Part shown: piece after piece, positions 48,350-56,903 of the stretch
How the letters are laid out: each line of letters begins with the position of its first letter
Numbering within the stretch: position 1 is the stretch's first letter
Virus record (IMG/VR): IMGVR_UViG_3300025141_008849
Span: 1 to 56,903 of that record
DNA from: a virus
Taxonomy: Duplodnaviria > Caudoviricetes
Length of the DNA stretch: 56,903 nucleotides
Strand: one strand, 5' to 3'
The notes under the pieces: model-generated
What the model was told of the DNA's origin: nothing
The model's input: only the letters and a program-made list of their open reading frames with translations
Databases searched by the model: none
Position numbers and translations under genes: made by a program

Positions 48350-48764
48350 GTTTTTAGATTTACCGGATCCGCCGTGTTTTTTAGATACCGAATCAATAAA
48401 ATTAAAAGAAAATACTTGGGTAGGAAATAAAGAAAACTACGGAATTTATTTTTGCGAAGATGAATTAACAGATTTTCTAAAACCATTATTTCCAGAATGT
48501 ACTTGTTTTAGATATCAAGTGTTACAACCTAATATACCTAGACATATAGATTATAATAGATCATCGTGTTATAATTATTTACTACAATTAGGTGGAGATA
48601 ATGTTGAAACTGTATGGTGGAAAAATGATAAAGAAATTTATAGAACATGCATACCAGAAAAAAAGTGGCACAAATTAGATATTAGTATAGAACATTCAAT
48701 AGAAAATATAGAAACTGAACGAATAGCAATAACGGTGTTTAAAAGTGAGCGTTCTTCCATATAA
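48342..48764 (+). CDS. Small cupin-type 2OG-Fe(II) oxygenase-like protein
   Basis: IPRHID, YNYLL, WHKLDISIEHSI, ERIAI. Confidence 0.7.
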   Translation: MIEFLDLPDPPCFLDTESIKLKENTWVGNKENYGIYFCEDELTDFLKPLFPECTCFRYQVLQPNIPRHIDYNRSSCYNYLLQLGGDNVETVWWKNDKEIYRTCIPEKKWHKLDISIEHSIENIETERIAITVFKSERSSI

Positions 48765-49359
48765 TTATGTCATGATATTGCTTTTCGCCTTCTGGTGTAG
48801 TTAGGCTGTGTACATGTTTTATACTGACTACTTCTAAATTCTTTTGAGAATTCCACCCACCATCAAAGAACCAATCACCAGTGTATCCTTTTTTTAGAAT
48901 AGTTTCTAAATTATGTTTAGACATACTGCAAAATAATAATCCTTCATCTGTTAAACTATCTGCAAGATTCTTAGATGCACTTGCATCAACATGTCCTTGT
49001 GTAAGTACACCAATGGCTGTGATACAATCATACTGTTTTGGTAGAGGTGATTGAGTTATATCATGTAGTTGTTTTGATCTATAATTTTTTGCTATGAATC
49101 TATCAAGCATTTTCTGATTAACATCATATCCATCTATTAAATATAATCCTTGATTGATTCCAAATCCAACTTGTCCATTTCCACATCCTATGTCTGCTAC
49201 TTCTGTACCATGTTTAAAATTATTAGTAATCCATTCAGATGCTAGTATATGACATTTCCAGCCTAGTTCTTCGATAACTTGTTCATTATAATTTACCCAG
49301 TTATCGTATAACTCGCTATTAGTTTTTCCATATACTTCATCTAACCATTTCTTAGTCAT
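48739..49359 (-). CDS. Class I SAM-dependent methyltransferase (METTL27-like)
   Basis: LYDNW..Y, DIGCGNGQVG, GYDVNQKML, GVLTQGHV. Confidence 0.88.
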   Translation of the reverse strand: MTKKWLDEVYGKTNSELYDNWVNYNEQVIEELGWKCHILASEWITNNFKHGTEVADIGCGNGQVGFGINQGLYLIDGYDVNQKMLDRFIAKNYRSKQLHDITQSPLPKQYDCITAIGVLTQGHVDASASKNLADSLTDEGLLFCSMSKHNLETILKKGYTGDWFFDGGWNSQKNLEVVSIKHVHSLTTPEGEKQYHDIIIWKNAHF

Positions 49360-50041
49360 AATATTTTACTATGTTATTAATGTCTTGTCTTCCTGTTCTA
49401 TACTTATTAATTACGTTGGCGTCATCTTCATATCCAATACTCATTCCACATAATACAATTTTGTCTTTATACTCTGGAAGTTCTTGTCTTACAATATCAG
49501 CATATTCACCTAATGATCCTTGAGGGCAAGATGCTAGTCCTTTTTCAACAGTAAGTAACATAATAGATTGTAAAAATATACCATAGTCTACATAGGAACC
49601 TTTTCCTAAATCTTTGTCAATAAAAAAGATGAGTATAACTGGGGCGTCAAACCCTCGATAATTTTTAGCATATAAATCATCTTTCTCTTTTTTCATTTCT
49701 CTAGTAATTCCTAACTGAGAATATAATGCTAAGCCACAAGCCTTTCTGTTTTCTTTATATGAACTAAACCATTTAGTTTCTTTTTCTGACTTTTTATTTT
49801 GAGGATAATATTCATAATCCATGGCTGGCTCTTTGCCTGATCTAAATGCTTCTTCTAACTTGCTACATAGGTTATCTTTTGCTTTACCTGTTAATACTGC
49901 TACTTGCCATGGTTGATGATTATCTCCACTAGGTGACAGTTTGGCTTGTTCAAGTATATTAGTTATAATTGACATATCAACGGGATCTTTTAGGAAAGCC
50001 CTAGTTGACTTTCTTATAAACAAAGCATCTTCAACTCTCAT
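49352..50041 (-). CDS. Nitroreductase family FMN enzyme
   Basis: RKSTRAF, SPSGDNHQPW, DAPV, DYGIFLQSIML, GLASCPQ. Confidence 0.93.
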   Translation of the reverse strand: MRVEDALFIRKSTRAFLKDPVDMSIITNILEQAKLSPSGDNHQPWQVAVLTGKAKDNLCSKLEEAFRSGKEPAMDYEYYPQNKKSEKETKWFSSYKENRKACGLALYSQLGITREMKKEKDDLYAKNYRGFDAPVILIFFIDKDLGKGSYVDYGIFLQSIMLLTVEKGLASCPQGSLGEYADIVRQELPEYKDKIVLCGMSIGYEDDANVINKYRTGRQDINNIVKYYD

Positions 50042-51450
50042 ACTTTAGAATGATCCTTTATATTAACTTTAGATATAATATGTGGAGGATGACTATTTAA
50101 AATAATACCTGGCAATTTACTTTTTGATAACTTGTTATCTCCGGAGAAATACAAGTGTTCAGATACGTGATATATGTCATGTGGTCTTTTTGACTCTTGG
50201 GCGTTGTCCATATAATGTTTAGCAATATCACCAATAAATGCTTTTCCTGTATATATTAAGTAATGGATTTCATCTTTAGAACAACTAGCAACATTTTCAA
50301 CATCAGGAACCTCAAGAGCTAATGCTTCTACTAAACCGGTATAAACTTTAACTCCGCCTTTCATAAAGATAACATCATCAAACACTCTTCCTTTGTAAAA
50401 CCATACACCGTCTTTATCGTCAAATTTATCACCGTCAGTTTGCCAATCACGTGTTCCGTACTTGTACCAAAGTACTCCTTGTTCGTCTAATTTTAAATCA
50501 CCGTTATAAATTCTATGCTTAAATCCGTAAAAGTTTTCTATTGGATCACCGGGTCTAAATTCTGCTCTCGAATGACAGTCTGCTTCAGTACTTGCCATCA
50601 TGTTGTAGATACATTTAAATTTAAACTTCTTTTCAATACTTCTAATTATTACTTCTGAAGTATGGCCGCCCGAACATTCCCAATAATCAATTCCACTCCA
50701 ATTAAAGTCATCTGGACATTCGTCAACAATTTTCTTAATAGCATTAGGATATGATATACAACAGTTTGGGTTTGCTTTTTGTATTTGCTCAGGTATGTTA
50801 TCACCGTAATTTAAAAAATGTATACTTCCTCCTATTAAGTATATTCTTAATAAGTTATATGGATTGTACGTTGCTGTAAATCCTGCCGTACATAATATAT
50901 TAGGTCTTTTATCTTCTTTAAATTCTGGTGCTATTGCAAACAAATGATTGGTTGATGCCTGTGCTGTACAACCTAATAATGTTTCTCCGTCTACAATGGC
51001 TTCCTCATGATCTTCGTAATCCCAAAAGAAAGGATACATTTCAAAAAACTCTTTAACCGTAGTACCACTTGTCATGCCTCTATAAACTTCTAAAGGATGT
51101 AGTATAGAAGGTGTCATATCGTCTGTTAGCATAGTGATCTTATTGCTTTGTATTTTACATACTGCTTTAGATCCTGCTATTAACCCATCTAATTCCATTT
51201 TAGATTGTCTAGCATCGGCCTGGGTTGCTGAGCCACCATTTTTAATACTAGCAAGTATCCACAAATAATCATCTATTGTAACTTGGTCTTCTGCTACTAC
51301 AAAAACAACATGTGGGCCTATACCGTGTTCTTTTAGTCTTTCTATTTTAGCATTGAGGTTAGCGTGTAATTCGCCCCAAGTAATTTGCTCTGTTGATGAA
51401 CTCAAAAATATTTGATCGTCGCTGAGTGGTTTTTGAGTTTGCTTTAGCAT
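50038..51450 (-). CDS. Divergent adenylate-forming (ANL/AMP-binding) enzyme
   Basis: MTSGTT, SGG, MASTE, WQTDGD, YKGRVFDDVIFMKGGVKV, C-terminal GDNKL. Confidence 0.75.
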   Translation of the reverse strand: MLKQTQKPLSDDQIFLSSSTEQITWGELHANLNAKIERLKEHGIGPHVVFVVAEDQVTIDDYLWILASIKNGGSATQADARQSKMELDGLIAGSKAVCKIQSNKITMLTDDMTPSILHPLEVYRGMTSGTTVKEFFEMYPFFWDYEDHEEAIVDGETLLGCTAQASTNHLFAIAPEFKEDKRPNILCTAGFTATYNPYNLLRIYLIGGSIHFLNYGDNIPEQIQKANPNCCISYPNAIKKIVDECPDDFNWSGIDYWECSGGHTSEVIIRSIEKKFKFKCIYNMMASTEADCHSRAEFRPGDPIENFYGFKHRIYNGDLKLDEQGVLWYKYGTRDWQTDGDKFDDKDGVWFYKGRVFDDVIFMKGGVKVYTGLVEALALEVPDVENVASCSKDEIHYLIYTGKAFIGDIAKHYMDNAQESKRPHDIYHVSEHLYFSGDNKLSKSKLPGIILNSHPPHIISKVNIKDHSKV

Positions 51451-52331
51451 TATTTGATTACTTTTAGGTTTTCTATGTTAGGATCATAAAATTTATTAGG
51501 GCCGAGTATATTAGTATAGTCAAAAGCTGTCCTCCAAAGTATTCTATCATCACTTTTAACCCAACTGCGTCTATGTAATGTAATTAATTGGTCACATATT
51601 AAAAAGTCGCCGTCTCTAAGAACAACGTCAGTTATGTTTTTACCTTTGTATAAGTCTTTCCAAAACTTATCTTTTAATTCTTCTATGTCAATTGGTTCAC
51701 CTTTGTACCAGGCTTTGTCAAGAAATGCAGGCTGCCATAACATAGTTTCTTTATCAGTATATGGATGAATATTAATTACTTTTTGTCTTTCTTCATTATG
51801 TTTAAAAATTTTATAACCGTCAAACAACTTACGAGTTCGATTATGTTCTTCAGGTGTTCCATATATTCCTTGTGGATTCATATTCCATCGGGTTTCAACA
51901 CCACGCCACCATTCTTTTTCTTCTTCAGACAAATAATTAAATGCAATTTGTGTGTTCATTAGACTGAATATTGTGTCTGGACATGAGCCTACACAATACA
52001 GTCCTGTTAGTAGTTCTTTGAATTCACCAAAATGACATATTCCTTGATCATGATGGTATAATAAATCTGATGGGCCAAACATTCCATGTGGATTATTGCC
52101 TGTAGGTTGGTTTGTAATTATAGCAATGTCTGGCGCATCTTTTGGATTAAATTCCATGTGTCCCATACTCGGATTAGAATCATTTGTATCACCTATTCGT
52201 CTACAAACATTAACTAGCTCTTGTCTGGTAAATTCTTGATCATGTAGTAATATGTAACCGTCTGTTGCTACTTGCCACATCGCTTCTTTTAATTCTGTAT
52301 CTGTGTAGTCTTGTAATTTTTTAATACTCAT
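51450..52331 (-). CDS. TauD/TfdA-family dioxygenase (canonical H-x-D)
   Basis: LYHHDQ, GLYC, GDFLICDQLITLHRR, RILWR. Confidence 0.82.
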   Translation of the reverse strand: MSIKKLQDYTDTELKEAMWQVATDGYILLHDQEFTRQELVNVCRRIGDTNDSNPSMGHMEFNPKDAPDIAIITNQPTGNNPHGMFGPSDLLYHHDQGICHFGEFKELLTGLYCVGSCPDTIFSLMNTQIAFNYLSEEEKEWWRGVETRWNMNPQGIYGTPEEHNRTRKLFDGYKIFKHNEERQKVINIHPYTDKETMLWQPAFLDKAWYKGEPIDIEELKDKFWKDLYKGKNITDVVLRDGDFLICDQLITLHRRSWVKSDDRILWRTAFDYTNILGPNKFYDPNIENLKVIK

Positions 52332-52343
52332 GTAAATACCTTT

Positions 52344-53195
52344 CTACTTGTCAATAGTATTTTTGTAGTCTATTGCTACTCTCCATAGTTCTCTATTTTT
52401 ATCTAATATTGGAGAACGTCTATGTAGTGTGTAAAATTGATCCATAATTAATATGTCTCCGGGTCTAAACACAATGTCTTTAATATATTTTGTTCTGTTA
52501 ATAACAGCATCGAACTTTTCTTGTAATGGCGCAATTTCTATTTCTTTTCCATCGTGCCATGCTTTGCTGATTAAAGGTGGCTGCCAATATAAAAACTCTT
52601 GCCCGCCAATTGGATGAACATTAACCACAGGCATACGTTCATCTCCTTCGTGCCTTGGTGCTTGGATATATTTTTCCATTCTTGCTACCTTACCTGCATC
52701 AGCCTTATCTGATGGGTTCCAGTATTGTCCCATTATACTTCCACCGTTATTGTTTAACTGTACTTCAACTTTACGCCACCATGCTTTTTCATCTGCTGGC
52801 AAATCTAAAAAAGCATCTCTGTTGTTGCTTAATGATAAAACTGTGTCTAGACAAGTACCTACACAATACAAACAAATTAACCATTCTTTATGTTCCCATA
52901 CGCCATCAACCACGTGATGTACTGTTCCGTTTGAGTGCCATTCTAAATCACAATGTCCTAATAACATCTCTGGTTTTGGAGATACGATAGAAATATCAGG
53001 ATATTCTTTTGGATTAAATTGCATATAACCCAACATATCATCGTCTGTGCTACCTATTCTACCACAATATTCAACTAACTCACCCATAGTAAATTGTTGA
53101 TCGTAATGCAACGTAAATCCCTCTGTTAATATACGTGTTGCTTCGTCAAGCATTTCTTCATCTGTAAAATCTTTTATCTGTTTTTCCATGCTCAA
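52344..53195 (-). CDS. TauD/TfdA-family dioxygenase, H-x-N variant
   Basis: LEWHSNG, CLYC, GDILIMDQFYTLHRR, RELWR; tandem paralog of the next gene. Confidence 0.82.
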   Translation of the reverse strand: MSMEKQIKDFTDEEMLDEATRILTEGFTLHYDQQFTMGELVEYCGRIGSTDDDMLGYMQFNPKEYPDISIVSPKPEMLLGHCDLEWHSNGTVHHVVDGVWEHKEWLICLYCVGTCLDTVLSLSNNRDAFLDLPADEKAWWRKVEVQLNNNGGSIMGQYWNPSDKADAGKVARMEKYIQAPRHEGDERMPVVNVHPIGGQEFLYWQPPLISKAWHDGKEIEIAPLQEKFDAVINRTKYIKDIVFRPGDILIMDQFYTLHRRSPILDKNRELWRVAIDYKNTIDK

Positions 53196-54058
53196 TTCTC
53201 CTTTATATAGTTATTTTTTTTATTGTGTGATTGTATAACTCTATCTATAATAATTGCTAATGCAACAATGCTTAATCCACTTATAACTCCTAGACCTAGA
53301 TATCCGTTACCTATTGAGTTCATTACCTGTGAACCTAGTCCACGTACTCCAATCATACTAGCAATAACAACCATTGCTAATGCCATCATTACTGTTTGGT
53401 TTACACCTCCTAGTATAACATTTCGTGCTAATGGTAATTCTATAACTGCTAAAATATGTCTTTGTTTTAATCCCATTGCTTGTCCTGTTTCAACTAAATT
53501 AAGATCTACATCACGTAAGCCAAGGTTTGTAAATCTAATCACAGGTGGAATAGCAAATACAACTATTGCTATCAAGCCTGGAACTTTTCCTAGTCCAAAT
53601 AACATTACTACCGGAATTAGATATACAAAACTTGGAATGGTTTGCATCAGATCTAACACAGGTATTATAATTCGTTGTGCTGTATTATTCTTTGCCATTA
53701 ATATTCCTGTAGGAATACCAATTACTATACAAACAAATGTTGAAACAAATACAATAGATAATGTTTGCATTGTATCGTTCCACATGCCTACTAGTCCTAT
53801 TGCTATAAAACTAGCCAAGAAACCTATTACAATTTTCCAATTGGTAGTTGCTTTCCAAATTATAAAACCAAATACAATTAGGAAAACATACCAAGGAGTG
53901 GCTAGTAATAACTTTTCAAAGTTTATTAGTAACCATTGCAATGGAGAAAGTAAGTCTGTAAACCACTCTCCCCAATTTGCCGCAAATTCTCTAAACGTTG
54001 CATCGATTGATTTTTTGAAACTAGTTATAGTTCCTTTATCTAACGATGGAAAGTTCAT
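53192..54058 (-). CDS. proW: Glycine betaine/proline/histidine-type ABC transporter permease
   Basis: PVLDLMQTIPSFVYLIPVVMLFGLG, EAA-like loop ETGQAMG, GVNQTVMMALAMVVIASMIG. Confidence 0.92.
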   Translation of the reverse strand: MNFPSLDKGTITSFKKSIDATFREFAANWGEWFTDLLSPLQWLLINFEKLLLATPWYVFLIVFGFIIWKATTNWKIVIGFLASFIAIGLVGMWNDTMQTLSIVFVSTFVCIVIGIPTGILMAKNNTAQRIIIPVLDLMQTIPSFVYLIPVVMLFGLGKVPGLIAIVVFAIPPVIRFTNLGLRDVDLNLVETGQAMGLKQRHILAVIELPLARNVILGGVNQTVMMALAMVVIASMIGVRGLGSQVMNSIGNGYLGLGVISGLSIVALAIIIDRVIQSHNKKNNYIKEN

Positions 54059-54059
54059 A

Positions 54060-55058
54060 TCATTGTAACGATTCAGTAATGTTGCTAGCCGCGTCTGGTG
54101 TTACCCATGCCGTCCAAAGTTCTGGATGACGCTTTAGAAACTCAACTGCCATATCTTCTGCGGTTGCTTGATTATCATCTGCCCAAACTAACATAGAAGT
54201 AATTACACTGCCGTCAAAACTACGAGCAGTTAAATAGTCCACTACTGCACTATCTAAACCTGGTGTTACAATAGTTCCTGTTGCCGCACTTGACCAGTTC
54301 ATTGGTTTTGGATTAGCACATTCTAACTTAGCAATACAATCACTCCAATGTGCATTATCAAATTCAATATCAGAAGTAAGTTTTACCATTCCTAAACGAC
54401 CTACTAATACTGTAGGTGCCCAATAATAACCAACAACTCCTTTTTCTTTTAAAACTTGTCCTTCCCAATATGCATTCAAGCCTGTACCTGAACCTGGGTC
54501 AATAATTTTCCAACCTTTTGCTTCCATATCAAATGCACGGAATAAGTTTTCATTGTGTTTCTTACAACTCCAACCTTCTGGGCAAATCACAATTCCACCT
54601 TTGCTTGGATCTTCTGGGTGTGGGAACAAGTCTGGTCTTGCAAGTACTTGATCAATTGTAGTTAATCCATATTGTTCTACAATATAGTCTGGTACATACC
54701 AACCCTCTCCTGCACCTACTACAACCGCATCTCTTAGTTGAACAAGAGAGCCTTGATCATCTGATTGGATATTAAGTGTAGCATCTTCTCCTAGTAATGA
54801 TGTCCAGGCTTCTCCAAATACATTGGGAGAGCCAGTTGCCATCATAGATGCAATAGTGGCATCGATACCACCTGGTACTAATTTTGTGTTATGTCCATAT
54901 CCATGTTTGAGAATATAGGCATCAATGTTGGCTATCATTGATCCAGATTGCCAATTTAACTCGGCTATTTTTATGTCATCAGCTTTTGCTATCATTGACA
55001 TAGTCATAAGCATAATACCCATGACTATCGATGTCATGTACATATTTTTCATTTTCAT
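54060..55058 (-). CDS. proX: ProX/HisX-like ABC substrate-binding protein with signal peptide
   Basis: IAELNWQS, GEGWYVP, PDLFPHPEDPSKG, CPEGWSC, DPGSG, GYYWAPT. Confidence 0.88.
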   Translation of the reverse strand: MKMKNMYMTSIVMGIMLMTMSMIAKADDIKIAELNWQSGSMIANIDAYILKHGYGHNTKLVPGGIDATIASMMATGSPNVFGEAWTSLLGEDATLNIQSDDQGSLVQLRDAVVVGAGEGWYVPDYIVEQYGLTTIDQVLARPDLFPHPEDPSKGGIVICPEGWSCKKHNENLFRAFDMEAKGWKIIDPGSGTGLNAYWEGQVLKEKGVVGYYWAPTVLVGRLGMVKLTSDIEFDNAHWSDCIAKLECANPKPMNWSSAATGTIVTPGLDSAVVDYLTARSFDGSVITSMLVWADDNQATAEDMAVEFLKRHPELWTAWVTPDAASNITESLQ

Positions 55059-55076
55059 TTTCTTATTTTGTCTATA

Positions 55077-55373
55077 TTATGATGTTGTTGAAGATTTAGA
55101 CCAGCCATTTCCTATTGTTGGCGTAGTAATTGTTGCTGAGTCTGCCCACTTTGCATCTGTCCATGTTCTAGTAAGAACATATCCTGTAGAATCTGCTTTT
55201 AATGCTACAGACTGTACCATATCGCCATCTGCGGTTGCTTGGCTATTGTATGCGGCGGCCGCCGTTAGCTCGGAACTTGTATTTGCTGATTCAAGTGCAT
55301 TAATTGCCTCAGCGGCACTTGCATATGTTGTGCCATCATCTTTTGTTAATGTAACGGTTTCTGTGACTGCCAT
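55077..55373 (-). CDS. Small Thr/Ser/Ala-rich protein, possible structural protein or modification substrate
   Basis: 98 aa, GGAG SD, ATAAATA upstream on the minus strand (55411-55405), no catalytic motif seen. Confidence 0.7.
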   Translation of the reverse strand: MAVTETVTLTKDDGTTYASAAEAINALESANTSSELTAAAAYNSQATADGDMVQSVALKADSTGYVLTRTWTDAKWADSATITTPTIGNGWSKSSTTS

Positions 55374-55397
55374 TGTAATACTCCAATAGTAATTTCG

Positions 55398-55958
55398 TTA
55401 AATGTATTTATTAAATCGTTTAGACAAATATTCATTATAATTTAATTCCCAAACATGTTCTTTAGTGTATCCTATTTTTAGAATAGTTTCTAATTTTAAT
55501 ATTCCTTGTTTTTCAAGTAAATGCATAACTTTATCCATCCTAAACATTTTACCTGATACATCACTGCCTTCGTCTGTTTGTGTAGTTATAAAGAAACGTT
55601 CTCCACCTTGTTTTTTAATCCATTCTACTTGTGGTCTTACATGCCAATAAAATGGTAAACTATTAAAATGATATCTACTTAATCCAGTACGTGTTTCTAA
55701 ACCTACTGCTCTAAATAATATTCTGTAAGAAGTATCATCTATTTCAGGAAACTCATGACAACCACTTAAACAAATAATTTTATTATCTCTTTTAACAACC
55801 CAATATTGTCCATAAGGAGGCACCATTTTTTTAAGTTTTAATCTTCCAAAATCAGTATTATTTCTATATCCTTTTGTAGCACAAACTTTACAAAATTCTT
55901 TTAATTGAGGATACTCTTTTCTATTCAGAATGTCTACCGTTATACCATAATCCATCAT
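55398..55958 (-). CDS. GNAT-like acyltransferase-fold protein
   Basis: YWVVKRDNKIICLSGCH...YRILFRA; weak acetyl-CoA motif. Confidence 0.5.
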   Translation of the reverse strand: MMDYGITVDILNRKEYPQLKEFCKVCATKGYRNNTDFGRLKLKKMVPPYGQYWVVKRDNKIICLSGCHEFPEIDDTSYRILFRAVGLETRTGLSRYHFNSLPFYWHVRPQVEWIKKQGGERFFITTQTDEGSDVSGKMFRMDKVMHLLEKQGILKLETILKIGYTKEHVWELNYNEYLSKRFNKYI

Positions 55959-56604
55959 TATCCATGTATGCCATGTCGCCTGTTTTAAACCACCCGGGTG
56001 TATAAACTATATCGCCTTTAACATGTAACTCATCAGTATATGTAATTGTCCAATCACAATAATATCTATTACCTAAGTACGGTTCGTTTCGTAGTTCAAT
56101 ATTTTCATATGGTTGAAATACTCTATTAATAGCACACGGGCCTACTTCCGTCATGCCCCAATTACACATAAATGTAGCACCTTTATTGACAAAGGCTTGC
56201 ATAACTTTTGGGTATACAGGATCAGATCCGCATGTAATCCACACACCTGTTAAATCTAACTTATCCCAGGTTTTGTTTCGCATTAATAGTTTACAAAACC
56301 CTGGAGTTAAATGTGTATGAGTAAATCCATTTATATCTTTATAAAATGTAAAGGCATTAAATTTTTTAACTACAACTTCTGCACCAATACTTAGGGCTGG
56401 TAAGGATTGAGCAGTCGTACCACCGGCATGTTTTAAGGAACATACGGTTAAAATTTTAGACTTGTTTGTTAATTTTTGAGAGTCTACACCTGCTTCGTTA
56501 TTAGCCTTCAACCGACTAGGCGTGTGGAATACAGTTTTGGGTTTACCAGTAGTACCAGAAGTTTCTAAATAAAAACCTTTAGCAATATCAAATTCATTAA
56601 ACAT
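55921..56604 (-). CDS. Truncated/minimal adenylate-forming (AMP-binding) protein
   Basis: TSGTTGKPK, HAGG, CGSD, WGMTE, WFKTGD, YNGR then stop; likely start ATG 56604. Confidence 0.8.
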   Translation of the reverse strand: MFNEFDIAKGFYLETSGTTGKPKTVFHTPSRLKANNEAGVDSQKLTNKSKILTVCSLKHAGGTTAQSLPALSIGAEVVVKKFNAFTFYKDINGFTHTHLTPGFCKLLMRNKTWDKLDLTGVWITCGSDPVYPKVMQAFVNKGATFMCNWGMTEVGPCAINRVFQPYENIELRNEPYLGNRYYCDWTITYTDELHVKGDIVYTPGWFKTGDMAYMDNDGLWYNGRHSE

Positions 56605-56902
56605 ATTTGTACATATACCAATTGGTGTCATTACCTTGGCCTGTTTTTTCAAAGCCACAACTTTCATAAAAAGGAATGCTGGATGTTTTTGAGAATGTCC
56701 ACATCATTTCTGCATGTTGTTTTTTAGCATCTTCTTCTAGTACTTCTATTATCTCGTGGCTGTATCCTTTACGTCTGCAATCCATATCACACCATGCTCC
56801 TCTAGTACGGTAATGTAATACAGACGTTTTATGACCCGAATTAACCGCCTTTATACCGTCATTATAGTACCCTAAAAACAAAGGAGTATATAATTTAAAT
56901 AT
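56597..56902 (-). CDS. GNAT acetyltransferase, 5'-truncated by window edge
   Basis: Frame open to the edge; YRTRGAW...RRKGYS, SIPFYESCGF. Confidence 0.8.
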   Translation of the reverse strand: MFKLYTPLFLGYYNDGIKAVNSGHKTSVLHYRTRGAWCDMDCRRKGYSHEIIEVLEEDAKKQHAEMMWTFSKTSSIPFYESCGFEKTGQGNDTNWYMYKYV

Positions 56903-56903
56903 A

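Noticed and set aside
53223-55389. Plus-strand ORFs of 281 aa and 154 aa
   Set aside because: Antisense shadows of proW, proX and the 98 aa gene, with no motifs of their own
1-56903. Stop-codon reassignment as seen in some large phages
   Set aside because: Recognisable genes are intact in the standard code, and TAA, TAG and TGA all end genes at sensible points
48739-56903. Host chromosome or prophage boundary at the strand switch
   Set aside because: Same AT richness and overlap style as the rest, a TauD paralog shared with the + strand block, and no integrase or att site seen; a chimera cannot be excluded without reads

Overview
This AT-rich, densely coding window looks like part of a large lytic dsDNA phage with T4-like replication genes, probably aquatic or marine (inferred from gene content; Usg and HisX-like genes hint at a proteobacterial host). 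From left to right it holds: (1) about 1-15.7 kb of probable virion/internal-head proteins with (L/I/V)-x-E protease-type sites, carrying ADP-ribosyltransferase-like, amidoligase-like and PcfJ-like domains, plus SGNH-like paralogs, a holin and an M15A endolysin; (2) DsbA-like protein, family B DNA polymerase, HIT protein, a half-size Na/Pi cotransporter, a metallophosphoesterase and a sliding clamp; (3) a 7-deazaguanine-type module (TGT/DpdA-like, QueD-like, FolE, QueE; no QueC in the window) with an embedded GT-B glycosyltransferase and a duplicated, domain-swapped radical SAM/SPASM pair; (4) RNase H-like nuclease, HtrA protease, an unannotated metallothionein-like peptide, Usg, a MoxR/VWA pair behind near-identical sigma70-type promoters, and ThyX; (5) a 12 kb enzyme island at 44.7-56.9 kb with a desaturase, three cupin-type and three TauD-type dioxygenases (two with H-x-N in place of H-x-D), two adenylate-forming enzymes, two GNATs, a nitroreductase and a methyltransferase around a small Thr/Ser/Ala-rich protein and a ProX/ProW transporter pair lacking its ATPase. 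The best candidates for an undescribed system are that island and the glycosyltransferase-linked deazaguanine module. No tRNA, rRNA, CRISPR array or mobile element was recognised. All family calls come from motifs read by eye, with no database searches.
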